From Laetmonice hystrix (lineage: Eukaryota): DNA of 64,000 nucleotides. The DNA is taken from assembly GCA_965235115.1 (NCBI GenBank), contig OZ249436.1, positions 19,780,001 to 19,844,000 of the forward strand, in the 5' to 3' direction. The position numbers and the translations under genes were made by a program. Each line of letters starts with the position of its first letter. The first letter of the stretch is position 1. Shown piece by piece: positions 25,101 to 40,100 of the stretch. Under the pieces are notes generated by a model. It saw nothing but the letters and a program-made list of their open reading frames with translations. It did not search any database and was not told the DNA's origin.

Positions 25101-28100
25101 CTGACTGGCGTGCCACGGCTTGGACTCTCAAGTTGGGACAAGTTGAGCCTGGAGGAAACATTCGTGTAAATGATGTGCTCCCAATTATCACAAGGACAAA
25201 TATCCAGCTACTGGGACTCACACCACATGGGTGAAAACTTTGTATTATACAGTAACTATATACAGTCAGACCCCGTTTATTCGAACAGCTTGGTGTGCAT
25301 TAAAATGTGTTCGGATTGTGAAATACACGGATTACTGAATCATTTTAAATAGAAAATGGTAAAAGAGGTTAGCAGAAAGTGTGTTCAGATTGTGAGGTAT
25401 ACGGATTACAGAAGAACGGATTAACGAGGTCTGTATATAAAGTAAACATGAATAGAATAACTTTTTTGTTTCTGTTGTTAAGTTTTGAGAAGTTTGATAT
25501 ATCTGGGCCCATTAGCTACAAGTTTCTTTAGCTCCTTACCTAACTTCCTCTGATTCCAGCAACTTCCGATATGCTGCTATCTCTGTATCCAGGGCAATTT
25601 TGATGTCCATCAGGTCACGGTACTCCTGCAGATGCTCTTCAAGTGCTTCACGCAGTTTGCGGATTTCAGCATCACGCATGGACAGCATACGATCATGATC
25701 ATCCTGTTCCCGTGTCATCTGCTCCTCCAATTCCTTGATGCGGGCTTCGTAGAGAACATTCTGTAAAAAAATATTTACACTTCAAATAATTTTTGGTTTT
25801 ACTTTTTAATCCAAAAGGTCTCATTGAAATATTTGGGTGCCGTTTGTCCTACAAATTAGATGCTAATCAGGAACAAAGCTCTAGATCGTTTTTATGGGCT
25901 TTGCCACTTTGACAAGTGCCACTTACCTGAGATGAAAGCTGGTTAAGTTGTCCAGTCAGGTCTTCGATTCTCTTACGGCAGGTGCGCAGCTCTTCTCGTG
26001 AGGCTGATGCAATACGATCCCCACGATCTGCCATTCTCTTCAGCTCTTCAAGCTAAAACATTGAGAATAGTTTAATTGCAAGACTGTAAAGTTACCATAA
26101 GAAAGTTTAATTCAAGGTTCTACCCTGTGGAAATAACCACAATCGACTTCAGACTTCCCCCATGTTCCGATCTTCCTGGATTTCCAAAGGGCCAGGTGTT
26201 TACTGAATAACACCGGTGATTCTGGAATGGCTAATAGTAATATACAACATCTTTCCCAAGGTCCCCATCACCAATGATGTAATTGAATTATTAAATTACC
26301 GTAAATTGTCGTGTATAATATGCACTCGTGTATAATACGCAGGCGATTTTTGGGGCCGAGTACAGCCTAGGTTGCAAGTTTGTAACAAAGTATTTTAGAA
26401 ATAAGCATTCAAAACACAAACTAATGCAGGGACCTCTGTAAAGCGCTTTTGCGTATCGTGCCCGACATGCATAAATTATTATCAACATGCTTTCAGAGCA
26501 AAATTAGTCCTTTAAAACCAAATTTCTAACTTGAAACTGATCATCATCATTACTTTTCGAGTTTCCCCCTGTGCTGTGGACCAAAGAAGGTCCTTAACCA
26601 TAGGAAAATATAGGAAATTCAGTGTCAAAGCATCTTTATCCATCCAGTTTTCAGCCCCCAAACCCCCAGCCGTTAAATTAGGTGCGCAGATTTTCAAAGG
26701 TGAGCACTTTATTTCTATCCTAGAAAGATCCCTGTTAATGCCTTTATTGAATATATCTAGGCTCCATGTATTTTTGGATAGCCAACATATTTCCAAGTCC
26801 TACTACAACCAGTGACTCTCAAGCAAAAAACCCTCCATTATTGTCAACATTTGGCCGTTAGTATGTTCCAAAAAGTGCAACCACCCATGATTTTTGCTTA
26901 TACTACTGTATAATACGCACTGGATTGATTATCAGAGGCAAGTTTGGGGGTAAAAATTGCATGCTGTACACGATAATTTACGGTATTAGATATTTTCACA
27001 TGCCACTTATTTGTTGACTTCACCTTTCAATCATGTCATCACCCAGCGAACAGTTCTTAACTGTACACAAGATTCCTCAAATGATATAATGACAACAATG
27101 GTGGCGGTCATCAAGGTCAAAAACAACTGTTAAAATTCCATCTGTGTCCTAGCCACCTATCCAGTGGTATCAAATAAACATTCTGCAATGCCATGTTCAG
27201 CTTATTATAGATACTATTATGCTCTATATCTACAGGGGTTTCAATAAGAAAAAAAGTAAAAGGGGAAGTTCAGAAAATAGGAGGTGGCCCTGCTGCAGCG
27301 GCCACAGGTTGCTCCTGGGAGAGTCCCAGGTGTTCGTAGGTGAATTCTGGTGCAGATCAGTTCAACTCAGATTTATGCTAGTGAACATATTGGACAAAAA
27401 ATGATTTTTGATTTTGAAAGTTGCCGGCGGTTTTCACGATGTAGTCGGGCAAAACCGCTAGACAGTGGGGCTTATTGAGAAGGCTGATCTATCTTGAGAT
27501 TTTGGGCCACCACTCACGCTGAGGCAATCACTCAGGAAAGACTGGGTTGTGATAGGAAAGACTGGGCTGTGATAGGAAAGACTGGGTTGTGATAGGAAAG
27601 ACTGGGCTGTGATAGGAAAGACTGGGTTGTGATAGGAAAGACTGGGTTGTGGTAGAAAAGACTGGGCTGTGATACAATCCTGTGGATTAGGCATTCTCGA
27701 TGTGGACTGGTCCACTTGCGAATCAAGCCTTTGTCTCTAATAGTCTATAGATATTGAATCATTGAAATTTTGGGTTTTGTTTTCCTGAGTATACACTCTT
27801 AAACTATATGCTACCACCAACTGGTCTACTGATGCTTAAGTCTGAACCAGAATTAGTATGACGTAAGAGAGTATACCTAATCCATGCATTTTAAGCTGGA
27901 AAAGCACTAATTTGACTAAATTAAATATCTCTATTGAAAACATTCCATTGTTTTTCTTAGCAATAGCAACCTACTATGAGTGGGGTATTTTTTTCACTGC
28001 TTCTTCATCAACAATCTTCAACTGTTAATTTTTAAATATGCACTCCCATCAATAGCAGTACATTTTATTTGATATCAGAACTTCTAACTGACTGTCACTT

Positions 28101-31100
28101 AAAGTTTCATGGCTGGACAATTTCAAATGTTGAAGGCCAGGAAATTAAAAAATAAATCAATGGGCCTTATTATATTTATTTACACGATGCCTAACTTATC
28201 ACCTCTTCTTGGGGCCTTAAAATGCGATATCAATTGGAGTTGCAAAAAAAAGATATTAGTTGGATGTGACTTAGTGTAGAATGACAATGAAGAAGAGCTA
28301 GCTTGTGATAGGCTACATACTGGAAACCACTCTTCCCAGCGAACCAACCCAATCATGGTTCCATCTTACAGTACAGAAGGTAAAGGCAACTGGCAAAGCC
28401 TAGACATCAGTGCCTATTGCGCAGTAAAAAGCCACGCTCACCGTTACGCCCCATTTATCCCGAATCTGGGAGAAAATATCAGACTACTTTTAAAGTAGTT
28501 AGCTGACAATAACCTTCTTTTACTAGTTTCAGGCTGTTATGAGAAGCATCAAAATTGTTTCAAGCAGAATTAAAACAAAACATACAGGAAAATCCGTAAA
28601 CAGAATGATTTCTTAATTCTACCAAAATACGTATTTCCACCATATCCCACTTGATGATCAACAGCTGGGTTTCAGCAATGTAGATACGGTACCTTGCTGA
28701 TAAAGCTTTCCTCTGTCTCCTCGCGTGTCGTACGGATGGTGTACTCCGTGTCCTCCCTCATCTGGCGCAGAGCATCACCCAGAAGGCTCTCGTACTCATT
28801 ACGCACTGACCCGTCCACCTCTTCTATCTGAGTCTCCGTTCTCACACGGGTTTCATTAAGCTCCTTCAAATAATAAATAATTACAAAATGATACCTACAT
28901 GTACTGATACAATCATTATCCTGTTGAGTGTAGTGGCTTATATTCCTTGAAACAAAGTGGTACAGTGTTAACGTTACACATTTTTTATAATGCACTCAAT
29001 TATCTTGACGTTATGGGGGAAATTTCCCCCCAAAGTTGTCAAGAAAGGGATAAATGGGCAACCTTAGTTTTCTGATGCACTTTGGTCTGAAGATGCACAT
29101 ATCAAGTCTCCTGACATGATCGCAAATACATGTATGTATACCTCTTCTGCAAACCTCTTCAAATCGACCTTGAGAGGTATCATTTGAAATGTGCTTTCCA
29201 GTTCCAACCCTACTGGGTAAGACCAGATGTATGCCAACATCACATGTAAGGTTTTTCTGTTCAGACAGAAGCTGTTGAAGAAATATGCCAGTGTTTAATC
29301 TCTACACCAGTCAGCATTTAGTGATCTGGGTCAACCGTTGACTGAATTGGGGCAAGAATAACATGAGGGAGTACAAGCCACGTGTTGGTAATAACTGTAA
29401 GGAAAGCACTCAGTGGGCTAACAAACACTGACAGTACCAAGTTTGAAGCTGAAACTACTGTTTAGTTATTTTTCATCACATTCATTATTATGTAGCCGTA
29501 TGACTTTTTTAAGTGTTATTTACAGTTTTAGGACCAAATCTGTACAAAATATTTCCTCCTAAACATTCTTTTGTTGGCATTGAGTTATTTCAGAAGTTAT
29601 GACAGAAGCATGTGGTATTTTCTTTCAGGTGGGGAGTAGTACAAGTAACTTTTATGTTTTCCGATGGCTAATCTTTTTGGCATTATTATACCGCTTACAC
29701 AATGCCTTGTTTTCAAAGAAACCCATAAACATAAGTGAACCTATGGCTCACCAGAACTCATGTCTGCCAGCAAACTTTATTGCCTGAAGACATGAATCAA
29801 CTATAGTACATTTATGACTTGAAAGCCTCTTGCATTCAAAGCTGCCAGCAGTCTTGCTTACCGGCATGTGTACTGTACAATTATCATCACGTTCTGTTAT
29901 CTACATATCTGCAATCTGTTGCTAAGCCCAGGTAAGCAATTCAATAAGAATACTATCCAACATCTCACATTAAACCATGGAAAAAAATACTGAATACCTA
30001 GACAAAGAAAAAGTAATGTAGAGGCCTAATATTGCCAGCTAGTTATTTATTATTTACCTGTTCATGGATCTGGTTCTTGAAGGCAAGCTCCTCTTTGAGA
30101 CTCTGTACCCTGTTCTCCAGGTCGACACGGCCGATAGTTTCATCCTCCAGTTGTTTCTTGGCTGTGGCCAGCTGCTTCTCCAGGTTTATCAGTTCCAATT
30201 TAACTTTCTGGAAGACATTATAATACAAGGTCGATTAGTTTGGATCTTGAATCAGGCATGAGTGATGACTGGAAACAAATCTGAAAATTCCTGTGGACAT
30301 GGACTGTTGGAGGATGACGAGAACCCATTCAGATCAAGATGCAAGCCTCTGTCTGCGAGCACCCATTTCATCCCCTAGGATAAGGCAATATTTGAGCATT
30401 TGTTGACATGATGCTGCTTCCAGTTTGCTGGCAAGTACTGAGTCGGACCGGAATTCCGAGGAAAATCAGGGGCTCGTTTCACTAAGACTGTACGAGCTCG
30501 TATATGGCTTTATAGCTCGCAAACAAGAAAACACTCGTACATTTTGCTATTATGATCTATAGAAAATACGAGCTCGTAAAATACGAGTGTTTAGTGAAAC
30601 GCTCCCCAGGACACTCTCATGCTTCTTGAATTCATTGGAACACAAAGAAATGTTTTCAATAATCAGATTTATGGATATATTATTGTGTTCCATGTACAAA
30701 ATGTATACACAAAACAGCAAAAATGCAAATGTCTTCTTTTTTAAACAATCTTTTATCAGGGGGGGGGGGATTGTTCCAGTTTAACACTAAAATAGACAGT
30801 AACAGTAAAATCCTTTGTAACGGGGGAAAGCATGGACTTAAATATTACTCCATCTAACTTTTTTTTTCTTCAAAAATACAACCAGGGGCCCATTTTACTA
30901 AATAGTTGAAAATAACGACGTCGAAAATTTAACATAGAAATGAATGGGTTGCTAGGTCGAAAATAACGACCTAGCAATCATTCACTTCTATGTTAAATTT
31001 TCGACGTCGTTATTTTCGACCTTTAGTAAAACCGGGCCCAGGGGCCTTAGTTCTACCATCAACACAACCAAAATACATGTGTACACAGAGCAAACATAAT

Positions 31101-34100
31101 CTGTGAATACCGTAGTTCCCATTTAGCAAATTTAGGTTGAACCCTTAAATATCAATCATTTCCAATTGTACCAAATGGCAATTTTTCATTGCTGAGCCTG
31201 AAAGGCTGAATCAAGCTGACTGCTGCCTATTTCCCTTGGGGCTCTTGACAGTCAGCCACAATCTGTTACGGTCCCCTGACCAGGCAGTGAGCCATGACTC
31301 AGTCACCAGGACAACCAGCTGCATGATAATATCTACAGACAGTAAATAATCACTGCACTGTCAATCTCTGGGGACGACTATTTTTACCATTAGCTCGAGG
31401 CAGACTATAAAGGAAAGGGAAAACAGCTCTGGGGTATACCTTTTGTCTTTTTCCTTTTATGGTTTACCTTTGTCACCTACAGTGAAAACTGCCAACAGAT
31501 AAGTAATGAAATCAAGACTAATCCTATAATGTTAGCCTAAAGCTTGACTTTGTGAAAGTTTAAAAGTGCTGATGAAAGATACCATTTTCTCCCTTCACTC
31601 CAGCATATAGGGCGATATGAATCAGACTATTCGGAGGAGACACGTCAGGGTTTCCTGGAGATTTTCGACTTTTGGGGGGGAATGGTGCGAATTTGGGAGG
31701 GGGGGGGGGAGTAATGCAAAATATTTCCCCCTGGAATTTTTTTTTTTGGGGGGGGGGGAGTAGCTAAATAATGGGGGGGGGGGAGTCTCTCCCCCCCCCC
31801 CCCCCAAAAAAAAAAATGGGCCTGCAGGAAACCCTGCACGTTCTACCCACACCAAAGCCAGTCTGACATTGAACTCTTTACTCTTCAGCTGCCCTTTTTT
31901 TTACAAGTAGCAGACCCGATGTTCATTACAGCCCAGCTGTTTTTATTAGATGTATCTAGGGTACACCCCTAAAGGGTGACTGCTGGCAGCCGCCCTGCCG
32001 GTGTACTTTCCGCCCCACCCACGCCTGATACCCCCATACTACCGGCAGCATTTATAACATCCCACTGCCTGTCGCTGCGTGCCAGTAAACCGTCAAAATT
32101 ATGAGTCATTCCTACTGGCGGCGCTACCACTACCACACTTTTTATAAGGTCCCTTTCATGAATCGCGTGAAAAAAAACCATCTCTATTACAGTGCTCCAG
32201 CAACGGCTTGAGGTGGCAGTTTCTCCACCTATGCTTGGAATCCACGTGTACTATCAGTTCCCAAAGTTGTGGCGACTTGTACCTTTACCGCTTTGACACC
32301 AGCCACACGGACACCATGTGGCATTCTTTAATTAACCAGGAAAAAACGTTAACTAGTAGGAACTTCCAAGAGAAGGTGTACTTGACTGAAATTCTACACT
32401 ACTAAGCATACTACTATCACTACTATGGTGCAGGGAGTGGGCTGTCATACTCCCATTGTGGGTTGTGTCAACAATGTGGACGCACAGAGTGGAAGCCTTT
32501 TCTTCCCAGCACCTAGCGCTGAGCTGCACCTCTCTCACAGCATCACGCTGCCCTGGTGTGCTCCCACCCAGTCTCAGTGCACCGGCCTAGACAGTCTCTG
32601 CCGTCTCATCATTCCCTGCATGGCTCCACTGTATTCGAGTTGTCGATTGTTCAAGGAAGTGATCTTTCAAAACCAGAATTAAATCTGTCTGTCTACATCC
32701 AATTTGAAGAAGGGTACTGAACCAAAGAGTGATTCAACCTGTACACGTTTTCCGAACACAACTGGTCAATTATGAAATAGGGCATGGTGAACATTGTTTT
32801 AATCCTGTTCACCACGTATGGTTATAACCATGAGCACTCCATCCTTGTAACATTCAGTATCCTGCTTGTTTTCATTTTGAAGTTGGCACTGGGGAATGAC
32901 AGAGTTCATAAAATTTCAGGACATTCTAAGAGACACATTTTCCAGAACATTATTTTAATATATGTAAACTTCTTTATTGGCTGTTAAATACGATTTTATT
33001 AGATTCTGTCTGAACAAAAATACCAACTGGTGTCTAATGTTAGGGCATTCTTCAGTTTTTCATCCCCCCGCCCCAAATGCAGAATTTTTCAAATTATTTG
33101 AGAAATATTAGCAAGATGGCATCCTTAGTTATAATCTGAAGTGATTTCAATATTTTGAAATGATTCAGAAACGCCTTTTCCAGGACATTCCAGCATTATT
33201 CCAGGAAAACTAGTGTTTTTTTCCAGGACATTCCAGGCATGGAAAATGTAAAATGAAAATCCTAGAACTTTCCAGGATTTCACAGATGCTTGCAAACCTT
33301 GAGAATGACAACAGTTTTGTGGTGAAGCTATTTGCATGTAGATAAAAAAATATATTTTGTCAAATCTCGAAAGGTCACCTATCATCTTATTATATTTGAA
33401 TACAAAATCAGTTAACCCAGTATTCCACCAGGAGGATTTCAAAATTGCTAGGGCACAACATGCATACTCATATTTCATAAACCAAACAAAAGTCAAGGAT
33501 TAACTTTTCTCCTTGCTAACAAGTAACATTACATAGGGCCTATAAAGGTTTCAAAGTATTTAATGGACCTACTACTTATTACAGGTATATGACTATTTGT
33601 TACATTGACCGATGTAACAGACCTTTCTACCCCCCCCCCCCCCCCAAATCAGATTCACCCACATACAGATATTGCTGGTCATGGATGCCGGCTACCCTGT
33701 AACTGCTGACCTGATTGCACTTGACAACACCCCCATGCACACACACCACCACCACCACAGCCGGTTTCAGCAACAGATGCCTCAGGCTAGGAATCCATTG
33801 GCCATTCCCATCGGGGTCACTTCAATGTACACTCATGCAATCATAGTAAATGTTCATCATGGCAAGCTATAGTCAAAGACAATGTGTACACGCCTGCAGC
33901 TCTGCACTACCCTGACCAGTCCACAGACATGTAAAACCACCAAGCACTGCCATCTACATAGATAATACATCTCAGAAATTATTTTTTACTTTTATTCAAC
34001 AACAGCTGGTGGCACCAGCCAAATCCATCTTTGCCCAAGTTTGTAAAGAGCTGGTCATACTCACATTGTATTCATTTTCCCAGTGTTTGCGCTGGTTAAC

Positions 34101-37100
34101 AGCATCACTAAGCCTAGCTTGGAGGTCGTTCACCTGACCTTCAGCTGCCAACAGTTTCTTGAGGCTGGTTTGGAGTTCACGATCAGCCTTGTGGTACCTG
34201 AAAATACAATATCATACAAGGTCAGACTAAGTCAATTATCTCAAACATGTGTTGTAACTTACTGCTAAAAGACTGAGCTACAAATATTCAGAATTGCACA
34301 TTAAAAAATTCATATTTCAATAATAACAAGACCACTCAGTCCATGAAACCCCGTAAAAAGATTTTCTCAGGCGGACATTTAGAAAACGATAGCTCTTAAA
34401 AAAAATTTTAAATGACCAGAACTGAAGTAAGACTTAGTCATAAACAGCTCTCCTTAATGGGCATACATTGTACATCACTATGTATGTACCGTACTTGAAT
34501 TCTAAGTCACATAATCAGATCGTCTTGTCCCTTATGAAGCTTAGGATTATTTCATATATTTTTATGAGAAATGGGCACACATACAGTGATACACACTACT
34601 CAGAACCAGTTCCAGCTGCCGTTCACCACTTTGGCCCATTGGTTAATACATGTTTGACAAATCTGGTGATTATCCAAATCATCTGGCAAGAAAAACCAGT
34701 GATAATTCACACGTTAAATGTTAAACTATAAAGCCGTCATAAATATTACATGTCTTCGAGACCTCTGGCTAGCTAGAATTAAACTAAAGTAAAGCTGGAT
34801 TTTAATTTATTGGAAGGCCATGCAGTAAACAATAAATACACATGATTACAACTTTGGATTTTGGTAATGACTGTCAAGAGGGGATCCTGGAAAAATGAGT
34901 GTAGCTCTATGTACACTCAGTTCTATGTAATCGAGCATGGCAACATGTATTTCAGGGTTTCCTCTATTTCTGGGTAACATTCAGCCAACATTCTCATCCT
35001 GCTGATTCTAGGCCTATAGTCACTTGTTCTTGGCCGGGTTCCCTTGCCAACCAGGCCACCTTTAGATCACCTCTTCCACTGACCTGACTCCTGCAGGTTC
35101 ACAGTTAACCACACCCATGCCCCACATCTCCAACTAGGAGTTAACTCTTTGATCTGAAAATTGTATTCCTTGATTTTTAAATTACCAACTGTTTTCATTG
35201 AACCTATCAATCAACACACAACACTGGCATGGCAGTGTGTGAAGTTGTCTAAACAGAAAGTAGAAACAATTAATATTGGTGGTGGTTGGGGGGGGGGGGG
35301 TAACTTGGCTTGAGAAATTATGCAAGTATTTTAAAAGATCATTTCCAGCTGATCATTTCATGACACAATTCAAACACGTATGTATACCCCCTTTAAGTGA
35401 AATAGCCACAGGCCACCCCCACGTGGCAGCTCCCTATATCTTTAAGTGTGTGATATTCCACTAACATACCATTGCACTAAAGGGTTACTGTTGTTTTGAC
35501 TGGGAAAATTACACTTACCGGTACCCCACAGACACTGTTAACCCACATCTGGCATGCTGCCTTCAATGAGCAAAACATGACTAAGACACCAAACCAATCT
35601 GTAGGGTTCCAGCTAGTTACCATGGAAACATGGTAAGCAGGTAATGGTCTTAGACGCTAAATGTCAGCCAGACTCAGCAGAGTCCCTCACCTTTGACCTT
35701 GCCTACTAGCCCTATGTCGGTCACATTTCAGCAGGGGAACTGTTCTGTGACAAACATTGAACAACCCACTGTCCCAGGTGGTCATCACTTGGATCTAACC
35801 GGCCACACTAGAGATAATCACCAGGCCCCGGTTTCAAGAAAGTGGTTAAGTAAACTAAGTTGGTTAAGGTCATAGTTAACCACGATTTTAACCAACTTAG
35901 TTAACTTAACCACTTTCTTGAAACCGGGGCCAGAGGTCTGCAGGACCTTTGACCTAACATTTGGTCAATTTCAATCTGTATTTCCAATTCCAGAGTGTCT
36001 GGTCGTTTTAATTCAAACATTATTTCTGGATGGAGGACACAAACATGGTGCTCGCAATGTGGGTTTACACAAAGATTACTGGAAGAAGGCAGTACTCGGA
36101 GAGTTAGATTCTAAGCAAACACCCTATTGTGGAATGTATACTCAGAATAACATGTATTGTGCATATTTCTCTGCCTTATCTCAAAGTGCCGTTTATGCAC
36201 ACGTGTACCCAGCCGACAGTTTCAAAATTCAAACTCTACCTGGTGGCAGGTTTCCCTTGCAATGTGCAGTTCTCTGTGACCTTTATTCTGAATTCCCCAC
36301 TAACGGTTACCCGCCCACCCCCTACCACCTACGCTGTGCGGGCAGCGTTCCACATGACCAGGATCTGTCCACACTACAAACTACAATGGAATGTTACGCA
36401 TGGTGCCCTACCTACCTCCCACACCACCCAGTTCTACCCACAACACACACGTTTGGCTGAGTACCAGGAATGGATATAGTGTCTTCTCAAACTTGGTTTA
36501 CATATAAATAAAGGTTTGACAGTGTTGGCATACTAGGCTTCTGGCACTAGTAATACCCTTTTGCCTAGGACCATTGCTCAAGGTATTTTAATTTAAAATC
36601 AATACATTTACCATTTTCATTTTTCTTAAGTAATGACTAAATATAGTACAATATTTTACCGTACAGAATGATGTATACAGGAAATAAACTACTGGGAGGT
36701 AAAGGTGTTCCTAGGACTGAATTATTAACATACATGTATGCTAACAAAGCTGACAGCATGACTTCATCTTTTATGTAGACAGTTTTAAAGGGTAGATGAG
36801 AGGCCATAAACTAATTAAGTTCTAGTATTTAAAAGTAGTACCAATTATACTCATAAAACATGGGTGACAAATCCACAGAGCTATGTCTCACTCAGTAGAG
36901 AACTGCCGCACAGCACATGACCCAGCCTATTTTACATAAATAATTCAAACCTAACTGTTACTATTGAACATACCAGATTAATCTGTTCTCTTTACTTAGC
37001 CTACTTCTTTTGGAGTGTTATGCTAATGTTTGCTGAAAAGGTGTACTACACTCTGGTTCCTAGTCACATATATTCTTTAAGAAGTGGCCTATCTGCACTG

Positions 37101-40100
37101 TCATGTCTAAATCTACATCACAGACAGTGAATCTACTTAATCTGATTGACTGCGCTGCCAGGTCCCCTCAGTACACATTTATTGACCCAAACCCTAGCTT
37201 CAACCAGAGCACCACTCCAGTTTACCATAAATACTATTGCACAAAGCAGAACTAATAAAATCATCCCCTTCCAGTATAAAAGGTGTCGTGGATTACATAT
37301 TTTTGAAGCGACGGCCCACACAAATATAGTCACATATTATTCAAATTTAACAGGTCCTGGTAGACTAGGGCCTCAAATTTGTTTACAGAATCTCAAACAT
37401 TTACACAGTAATACACACTAGATCCAGGCATCAAAATTAGCGGGAGCCCGATGCTCCCAGATTTGTTGCCGGGCTACCAAAACTGTCCCACAAACAAGCC
37501 TGGCGGGCCTCTGCATTTTTGGGGTTATGTTTTAAAGAAAACCCAGATGTAGAGCTCTCTGAAAGTCACAGTCACATTGACGACTAGAATTACTAAACAC
37601 AGTCTCAGACATGAGAATCTTCCACCAAATGGCAGGCCTCGAATTGGAAGTTGAAAGGGGCACGGCAAAACTGCCATCGATACATAAGAATCAACGTCAG
37701 ATTTTTCCAGGGCATGGTGGCAAATTTACAATACATGGAAAAGGCACGATGGCAAATTATGCTGTCGATGCCATCGTGTAATACGAGGCCTGAAATGGAG
37801 TCTCTGACCTCTATACAGGTATTGTGGTCATTCTTTAGATTGATGCAAAATTGTTGAGAATATAGGTTAAAAGTCACCTATATGGTGGGTGGGGGGGGGG
37901 GGGGGTCTGTAGTTTTCATATTTTTTCCATTTTCATGCCTGTTTAAATAATTAGATTCTAGTCATCAGATAGGTTGACAGCTAGTCAGTACCTGGTGTGG
38001 CAAATTTAGAGAAGAAATAAATGGAAGTCCTATATAAATGTGACAATTTAAATCCGTTGGCATTGCTACTTCTGTAGTTCTTACCACTAGTATTTTGGGC
38101 CCCAACATTTCTTGCGGGGCTCCCAGATTTCAAATTCTGGGAGCCCAGCTGGCTCACAGATTTTTTGGCCTAATATCTAATCCTGATCTTACAGAGTTGG
38201 ATAAATCCACTAGCCCAAGAGCTGAGACCTGCCTATTAATACTTCGGACTTCTGAAAATATATCGGTGGTAATCCCACTCTCTTGCCCAGTCTTGGTTAA
38301 ACCAACCTTTAAATTTAATTCAGAAAATTTTGCATACATAATATTTGAATGGGCCCTTTTAAAATGTTCCTATAATTATAGATAAACATGGTAAAGTCTA
38401 GACTAGAGAAAAGGTATAAGCAATAAGGCAACAAATTTTAGCGAACATGAATTATTGGTGTATTTCTGTGGTCTCATTTCTGTTATTTAAGAGGACCAGT
38501 CAACCAAACTGCAAATAGCGTGTTTAGTCACGTGACCAAAACAAGGGGACTTTCCGACATTTGGGTGCTGTGACTACATACACTGCAGAGATCAGCTCGT
38601 TTCTCAATAACGGGCGATCAGTTAGTTATAAAAATTGCTTGGTGGCTACAAAACATGTTAATCTTGATGTCCGGGCAGTTTTAAAACAATCGATTCCGTA
38701 CAATTTTTCACAATCGCGGCTAGAAGGTGTCCATACCGTCGCGACACACAGACATCGCGAGTGAAGCCCGACGGCCCGGGTTTTCTGGGTCATGACGAAA
38801 ATCACGTGTTCGTAAAATCAAAAGCCGCTGGCTATTATTGGATGAAATAAATATACAACTGTGTCACCGTATGTAAAACAGGCTGGCGACCTCGGAACCG
38901 TTTGAGAAATTCCGGTAGGTCAGATATCAACGGAGATATGATAGAAACTGTCACAGATTTGAAAAATACTAATTAATGCAACTGACGTCGAAAGTTTTCT
39001 CACTCGGATAAAGAAACATGAAGTAATGTAGGTTGTAGATCGCTAAGTGATTTAATAGCGAGCGGCTTTTTAGTTGAAAAGCGCCTGTCTGGCCCGGTTT
39101 GTCAAATCGCGTCAGTGGCTGACGTTTGCATAGTATATCCACTAGGTGGCAGGCCGCGCTGCCGGTGATCACGTGGTGTGCTATACACCACTGGTCAGTG
39201 CTGTTTTTGTACTAGATTCGGTTACATACACAGTAAAATTTAAATTACTTATGCAGATACTTGTGAAATAATATTTTGAAGATACTGTGTAAGTGGTATG
39301 GGAATAGAATTGTCCTACTTTACGAATATCTTTACCAATGTGGGTACTTGATAAGAAACACCATTCTCAGGGGGGGACCGACTATTGGCGCAGATCTGGG
39401 AGTCTTAATTTTCTGATGCAGCTCTTGACTTGGGGAACATGGAAGGGGAGGGGGGGGGGGGGTTACAGAATGGGGACATACAGGCCCCCTTTCCCCCTAA
39501 TTATTAACCCCCTGAAATACCTCCTTTTCTTTTCCTTAAAGCTTCCTGAATTTACCCTGTTGGTGTAATATCTAAGACACCTCCCTTTTGACCCCAGCCC
39601 CCCCCCCCTACTTTCAAAAATCCTGGATGCAGACATTACAAGTTAATATAGTGAACGTACATTAAAGTCCTGTCCATAGCCACAATTGTCATGTTTATGA
39701 ATGAATGAATGTATTAAAAAGTTTGCCGATAACTACAAATTTGCGTTTTTTTCAAGGAATTATAGGCCTATGCTTTTTTTTAGGGCTGGGGGGGTGGTCG
39801 GCTATAGTGTTTTATTCAAATTAGTACTCTTTTGAAAAAGGTCAGCAAGGCCTGATTTATTAGCCAACTTTTTTCATCTTGGACTACTGCCGCCATCTTG
39901 AATAACTGCCGCCATCTTGGATTTTGGCGGCCATCTTGGATTTTGGCGGCCATCTTGGATTTTGGCAACCATCTTGAATTGTGGCAGACATCTTGAATTG
40001 CGGCAGACATCTTGAATTTGGGCAGACATGGTGAATTGCCATATTGAATATTATGCATGGCACATTTATTAGTAATTCAGTCTGCTCCTTCCCTTTTTTT

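Noticed and set aside
27534..27674. CRISPR-like appearance of the 20-bp repeats
   Set aside because: No unique spacers, no cas genes, eukaryotic intron; ordinary minisatellite
35918..36479. 180-aa + strand ORF in lamin intron 1
   Set aside because: Starts inside a palindromic MITE, no domain resemblance, atypical composition
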